Assembly: GCA_019058245.1 (NCBI GenBank)
Contig: JAHPZJ010000026.1
Coordinates: forward strand, 21,291 to 85,290
DNA length: 64,000 nucleotides
Direction: 5' to 3'
Source: Promethearchaeota archaeon
Lineage (GTDB): Archaea; Asgardarchaeota; Lokiarchaeia; Sigyniarchaeales; SOKP01
The notes beneath the pieces are model-generated. The model had not been told where the DNA came from. It ran no database searches and saw nothing but the letters and a program-made list of their open reading frames with translations. Shown piece by piece: positions 59,891 through 64,000 of this stretch (the first letter of the stretch is position 1; every line of letters starts with the position of its first letter). The translations under genes and the position numbers were made by a program.

Positions 59891-62146
59891 TTACTTTATG
59901 GGGCGGCTGTTTGCCTGGAATATAGGACCTATAAATTGACTGTAAAGTTTTGAGTAACCTTCTTGATTAGAAACAACTGCGATCATTTCTGCTTCAGTAT
60001 CTGTTGCTGGTGCTAAAATTACTTCCTCAGCATCTCGAGTTACTGCAAAAAACTCTCCAGCGGTTTGTAATTGCCGAAATTGTATGTTTCCGAGCTGTTT
60101 CATTTTGCCAATAATGCCACTGAACTTTTGCAAATCCCAATGTGAAGTGAGCATAAACCTCACTGCCTTTTTCTGAAACGCATATTCAGAAACAACTTGT
60201 AATATCTCAGGGACAACATATGGAGTAACTATAATAATTGATGATTTTACGCGGTATACAGCATCTTTAATAGCAGCAACCATTGCATCTTTTCCAACTA
60301 CGGGCCAGGTGGTTACTTTAGAAATTTCGGGAATTGCATTAGAGGAGGTTTGAATATCCTTTAATTTTTCCTCATTAGTCTCTGCTAATTCAGTACCGTC
60401 ATCAATAGAATTCATAAATTGTAATGTAAAATCTGCAATTGCATCTTTTAAATTTTGAATAGTATCTCTTGTAGTATTCGATAGACTATTTTGAAGAGTT
60501 TTTGCGTTTTGTTCATATTTGGATTTGTGATCAGTTAGCATATCACTTAAATTTGTATTCATATCTTTAGCTTCAGAATCCCATAATCTAATTTCACTAT
60601 CAATTTTATCTGAACAATCTCGTTTCCCATTAGTAAAATTCATGTCAACATCTCTAGTCCAATCCGTATTCATTCTTTTAACTTCAACATCAAAATCAGA
60701 GTAGTGTTTTAAGGAATTATCTTTATGAGTGTTAATAGCATCATCATATTGCCTTTGATGTGTTTTAAGTGAGTTTTCTAAGGAATCTTTTAGCTTCAAA
60801 TTGGTATCAGAGCAATCTTTTACTCCTGTTTGTAATGTATCATCAACTTCTCCAGATAAATCAGTAGCTAAGGTTTCTAATTGAGCATCAACAGTTTCCT
60901 GGGCACGGTAATCAAGATCATTAGTTTCTGTAGCAAGACCATCATTTTCTTTAGCCATTATATCTGTTAGGTCAGATTTAATTTGATCTGCGGTTGAACG
61001 AGTATTTGATACATAATCATCACATGATTTAATGAAATCTGGTTTCATTGGTTCTGTATATGTTAAAACATTTTGAATTGTAGTTTCATGTCGAGCTTTA
61101 TATTTTTTCTTTTTTCCCATCCATAAAAATCCCTTTTTGGCCATATCTTCAGAAAAGTCTGTGAATCTATTTGCATGCTCAAGCAAATTATCGATTAAGG
61201 TTAAAGTCATGCTTTTAAAGTCATTTGTTTGGTCTGTTAATGTTCTGTGTCTTTCATCAACCATTGCTTTTAAGTCTACTTGTAGAGAATCTGTAGTATT
61301 TTTCAAATGATTCATATGTTCTTTCAATAAATTTGAAATTTTTGCTTTTAAATCAGAAATAACTTTATCCATACGTTCTAAATATTTCTCCAGAATTTGC
61401 TCCATTTTAGGTTTAAGTTGATTTGCAGTATTTTTATGCCTTTCAACGTGTTCATCCAATTCCATCTTTAACTCTTTTTCTAAATTTTCAACTCTAGTTG
61501 AAAAATCAAGTAATAATTTTGAAATTAATGAAGTCAAGTCATCTTTAGTTTTATTAACTTCTGTTTCGTTTTTATTAACAATTGAATCAGAAATACTTTT
61601 TAGATTTGAATTTAAATTATCCATTATGGAATGTATATTAGACTCCAATGTTTTAGAAGTCTCAGTAAACCGATTAGTAGCACTATCAATCCTATTTTTT
61701 TTATTATTATTTTTTGAATCAGAATCTTCAAAAAAAGCAGTAATTTGAGTATCAACAGCATTTTCAACTTCTCCAATGCTTTTATCCTGAATTGCTTCAA
61801 GTTTTTCAAAACGATCTGACTGATCACTCAAAATTGCATCCTTTATTTTCGCAATCTCATTTCTAAAGTTTTCTGATTCATTGGTAAATAACTCAAAGTA
61901 TGGTTGAAGAGGTATATATCTATTAATAATTCCTTCAATCTTTTTGAGAAAACCTTTCTCAACTAACCAATTAGTAATTTCTGTTACAGTTTCATATGAT
62001 AAATCTTCATGCTCCTCAGCAAGAGTCATATATACTTCAGAAGTAGTTGCTCTAGGAACTCTTAAAAACACTAAATAGATATTAATATGATCCTCAGTAA
62101 AACCATATCGCGTAAACACTTCTTTAGTGAAATCTTTTAACGACAT
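59891..62146 (-). CDS. TrmB-like protein: N-terminal wHTH, ~520-aa coiled coil, C-terminal TrmB/PLD-like domain
   Basis: YGFTEDHINIYLVFL...WLVEKGFLKKIEGIINRYIPLQP at the N-terminus; WPVVGKDAM...SSIIIVTP...RDAEEVILAP at the C-terminus; long helical middle. Confidence 0.8.
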   Translation of the reverse strand: MSLKDFTKEVFTRYGFTEDHINIYLVFLRVPRATTSEVYMTLAEEHEDLSYETVTEITNWLVEKGFLKKIEGIINRYIPLQPYFELFTNESENFRNEIAKIKDAILSDQSDRFEKLEAIQDKSIGEVENAVDTQITAFFEDSDSKNNNKKNRIDSATNRFTETSKTLESNIHSIMDNLNSNLKSISDSIVNKNETEVNKTKDDLTSLISKLLLDFSTRVENLEKELKMELDEHVERHKNTANQLKPKMEQILEKYLERMDKVISDLKAKISNLLKEHMNHLKNTTDSLQVDLKAMVDERHRTLTDQTNDFKSMTLTLIDNLLEHANRFTDFSEDMAKKGFLWMGKKKKYKARHETTIQNVLTYTEPMKPDFIKSCDDYVSNTRSTADQIKSDLTDIMAKENDGLATETNDLDYRAQETVDAQLETLATDLSGEVDDTLQTGVKDCSDTNLKLKDSLENSLKTHQRQYDDAINTHKDNSLKHYSDFDVEVKRMNTDWTRDVDMNFTNGKRDCSDKIDSEIRLWDSEAKDMNTNLSDMLTDHKSKYEQNAKTLQNSLSNTTRDTIQNLKDAIADFTLQFMNSIDDGTELAETNEEKLKDIQTSSNAIPEISKVTTWPVVGKDAMVAAIKDAVYRVKSSIIIVTPYVVPEILQVVSEYAFQKKAVRFMLTSHWDLQKFSGIIGKMKQLGNIQFRQLQTAGEFFAVTRDAEEVILAPATDTEAEMIAVVSNQEGYSKLYSQFIGPIFQANSRPIK

Positions 62147-62471
62147 ATATTTATCTCCATCGTTATAATAAATATTTTTTTATATTATTCAAATTAAAAT
62201 AAATTTAAGATAAATCTCTTATTAATAATTTAATCTGAAAATGTTTAATAATATTTTCAAAATTCTGGAATTAAAATTTAACGTTCAAGGAAATCTCTTT
62301 AATTAAGAATACTTGGAATTTAATGTAAGATTAGATTTATAATATATAATAATTAAAACTTTTAACCCAGTTTTATTAAAATTCATTAATTTAATTGGGA
62401 AATTTTATTCCTCAATGCTTTTTATATCACACACGTTTACTAACTTAAATCAATTTAAGTGTGAAAAAAAA

Positions 62472-63182
62472 ATGAAAAAACTAAGTAAAATTCTCATTGG
62501 AATTTTTACTTTCGCAATTTTGTTTACATTATTCAACATTAATACTGTATTAGCACAACCAGATGCACCTGTTCCAGTGAACCAATCAGGAATGTATCCC
62601 TATCGGATGCAAGCACAAAATAAGACAGCATATCAATTCCAAAATAGAACAAGGTTAACATTGAATTCAAATGTGACAATTGAAGGATATATGAATTGTG
62701 ATAATCTCCCACAGAATGGAGATAAACAATTTGAAATTGAACTTGAAGCTGAGAGAACCCTTCAAATGAATATGACCTGTACTAGAGAAGAAGAACAGTT
62801 AGGATTACAATTAGGTAATACATATCGCGTGAGGAATAGAAATCAGAATTTATCATACCAAGAAGGATTTTGTATCAGGATTCAAACAAATAAATCAGGA
62901 GAAGAACAAATCAAATCAAAGCTTAAAATACAAGCGAATGATGAAAATCAAGGTGGAACATGGGCTTTTTATAATGAAACTCAAGGAGAATGGGAATCAG
63001 TAGCAACAACTTTACAGGCTGGTTATTTGGTTTGTGAAACAGACCACTTTTCTTACTGGACAATACTTATACCTGAAGCTGCGACTGATAATTCAATTCC
63101 AGCTTTCACAGGAGTAGGATTAGTTATAGTAATATCAGTTATTGCCGTGGTTTTAGTTGTATATCTTAACAAAAGAAAGTAA
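62472..63182 (+). CDS. Secreted/cell-surface protein with GPS-like HFS motif and C-terminal anchor
   Basis: Signal peptide MKKLSKIL...VLA (ATG at 62472 preferred over the track start), several NxS/T sequons, CETDHFSYWTIL, IPAF + TM + KRK. Confidence 0.75.
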   Translation: MKKLSKILIGIFTFAILFTLFNINTVLAQPDAPVPVNQSGMYPYRMQAQNKTAYQFQNRTRLTLNSNVTIEGYMNCDNLPQNGDKQFEIELEAERTLQMNMTCTREEEQLGLQLGNTYRVRNRNQNLSYQEGFCIRIQTNKSGEEQIKSKLKIQANDENQGGTWAFYNETQGEWESVATTLQAGYLVCETDHFSYWTILIPEAATDNSIPAFTGVGLVIVISVIAVVLVVYLNKRK

Positions 63183-63245
63183 AATAATTCAAAAATTTTT
63201 TTTTTTTAAATTAATATATTGAATAAAGAATTTGAATGGATTTAT

Positions 63246-64000
63246 TTGATTTTAACAGGATCTAAGAAAAGAAAAAAGTATATCATTGGCATTGTGCTAA
63301 TTTCATTAATATTTTTACTTGAAAATAATATATTTTTTGTTAGTGGAAAAGGAAGAAAAGAGAACATCCCTGATAATAAGATCCATGATTCTATTAAACC
63401 TAAAGAAAGGGTTTCTTATGATTTGCTGAATAATAATACGTTTGAAATTTCCTCAGATGTATATATTGATCTTAATATTGACTATCAAAATAACATTTCA
63501 TTTCGTCAAACTTATTTTATAATTAACAATTCTCTTCCAATTACATTAAATATTTCAATCAAAACAAGTTTGCAAAGTTTTGGATTCACTCAATCACCTC
63601 AAGAACCACAAAAAAGAAATTTTAAATTTCAATTTGGATATAATTGTATTTTTAGGATAAGAACGAATGTCTCAATTACTAACTTAACTATCAGATTTAG
63701 AAAAATTCAAGAGTATGGACTTGATCCAAACCTCTCGTATTCTTCTACTATATATGAAGCTAGTCAAGAGTCATGGAATTTAATTGAGACAATAGAGAAA
63801 ATTAATGAGTCTGACTCTGAAAAATACATCGAGAGCTCGATTACAGAACTTCAACAAGATACTGATTATTACTTTACTCTCTTTGAATTGGAAACCATCA
63901 AACAAGATTGGACATGGGTAATAATAACTGTTTTACTAATAGCGATTGGGATTATAGCTTTTGCAGTTCTTATCTCAAAGAAAGATTATTTTCAATATTT
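63246..64000 (+). CDS. Partial membrane protein with extracellular domain related to the upstream gene (runs off the window)
   Basis: Not in the ORF track. Open from TTG 63246 (or 63219): hydrophobic leader, ...YNCIFRIRTN...YEASQESWNLIET...YYFTLF, TM WVIITVLLIAIGLLAFAVLI, then SKKDYFQY. Confidence 0.75.
   Translation, partial: MILTGSKKRKKYIIGIVLISLIFLLENNIFFVSGKGRKENIPDNKIHDSIKPKERVSYDLLNNNTFEISSDVYIDLNIDYQNNISFRQTYFIINNSLPITLNISIKTSLQSFGFTQSPQEPQKRNFKFQFGYNCIFRIRTNVSITNLTIRFRKIQEYGLDPNLSYSSTIYEASQESWNLIETIEKINESDSEKYIESSITELQQDTDYYFTLFELETIKQDWTWVIITVLLIAIGIIAFAVLISKKDYFQY

Noticed and set aside
59580-59925. Small hairpin TGAAC-GACG-GTTCA and the 65-aa ORF 59728..59925 between hmgA and the TrmB-like gene
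   Set aside because: The stem is only 5 bp with no recognisable ncRNA or SECIS pattern; the ORF has no SD or motif and overlaps a real gene end.
1-64000. tRNA, rRNA, CRISPR array or IS elements
   Set aside because: By eye there are no GC-rich cloverleaf or rRNA-like segments, no regularly spaced repeats and no transposase ORFs. A covariance-model scan would be needed to exclude small RNAs.
1-64000. Genome-wide stop-codon reassignment
   Set aside because: TAG and TGA both terminate several intact genes at plausible family C-termini (TAG at 48149-48151 and 37018-37020; TGA at 3901-3903).

Overview
AT-rich archaeal chromosomal DNA, most likely from an Asgard archaeon of the Lokiarchaeia/Promethearchaeota. 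The basis is archaeal informational genes (rpoE1-spt4-dephospho-CoA kinase-rps24e-rps27ae-kae1-bud32; rps6e, rpl24e, rpoN, rpl7ae, rps28e, taw1) together with eukaryotic-signature proteins: an Arf-related and a Rab-like GTPase, two roadblock/LC7 proteins, two gelsolin-fold proteins and a HEAT-repeat protein. Metabolic genes include acs, an acyl-CoA ligase, fae-hps, HMG-CoA reductase and a DhnA-type aldolase. I found no rRNA, tRNA, CRISPR array, transposase or integrase. The ORF track missed or truncated four genes: a >1015-aa pseudo-GTPase/alpha-solenoid protein at the left edge, rpoN, the N-terminus of rpl7ae, and a membrane protein at the right edge. The most notable observations: (1) a TrmB-like regulator split by a ~520-residue coiled coil, with a basic-aromatic motif at its midpoint, possibly a DNA-membrane tether; (2) divergent rpl7ae and rpoN, both apparently starting at AUU, with a tandem kink-turn over the rpl7ae ribosome-binding site; (3) a CoA-transferase-GNAT fusion lacking the catalytic Glu, divergent from acs; (4) the giant pseudo-GTPase solenoid; (5) a gene insertion that left a diverged second copy of the host gene's 3' end; (6) an in-frame amber codon in an ICMT-family gene. 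All family assignments come from recognising motifs by eye, not from database searches.
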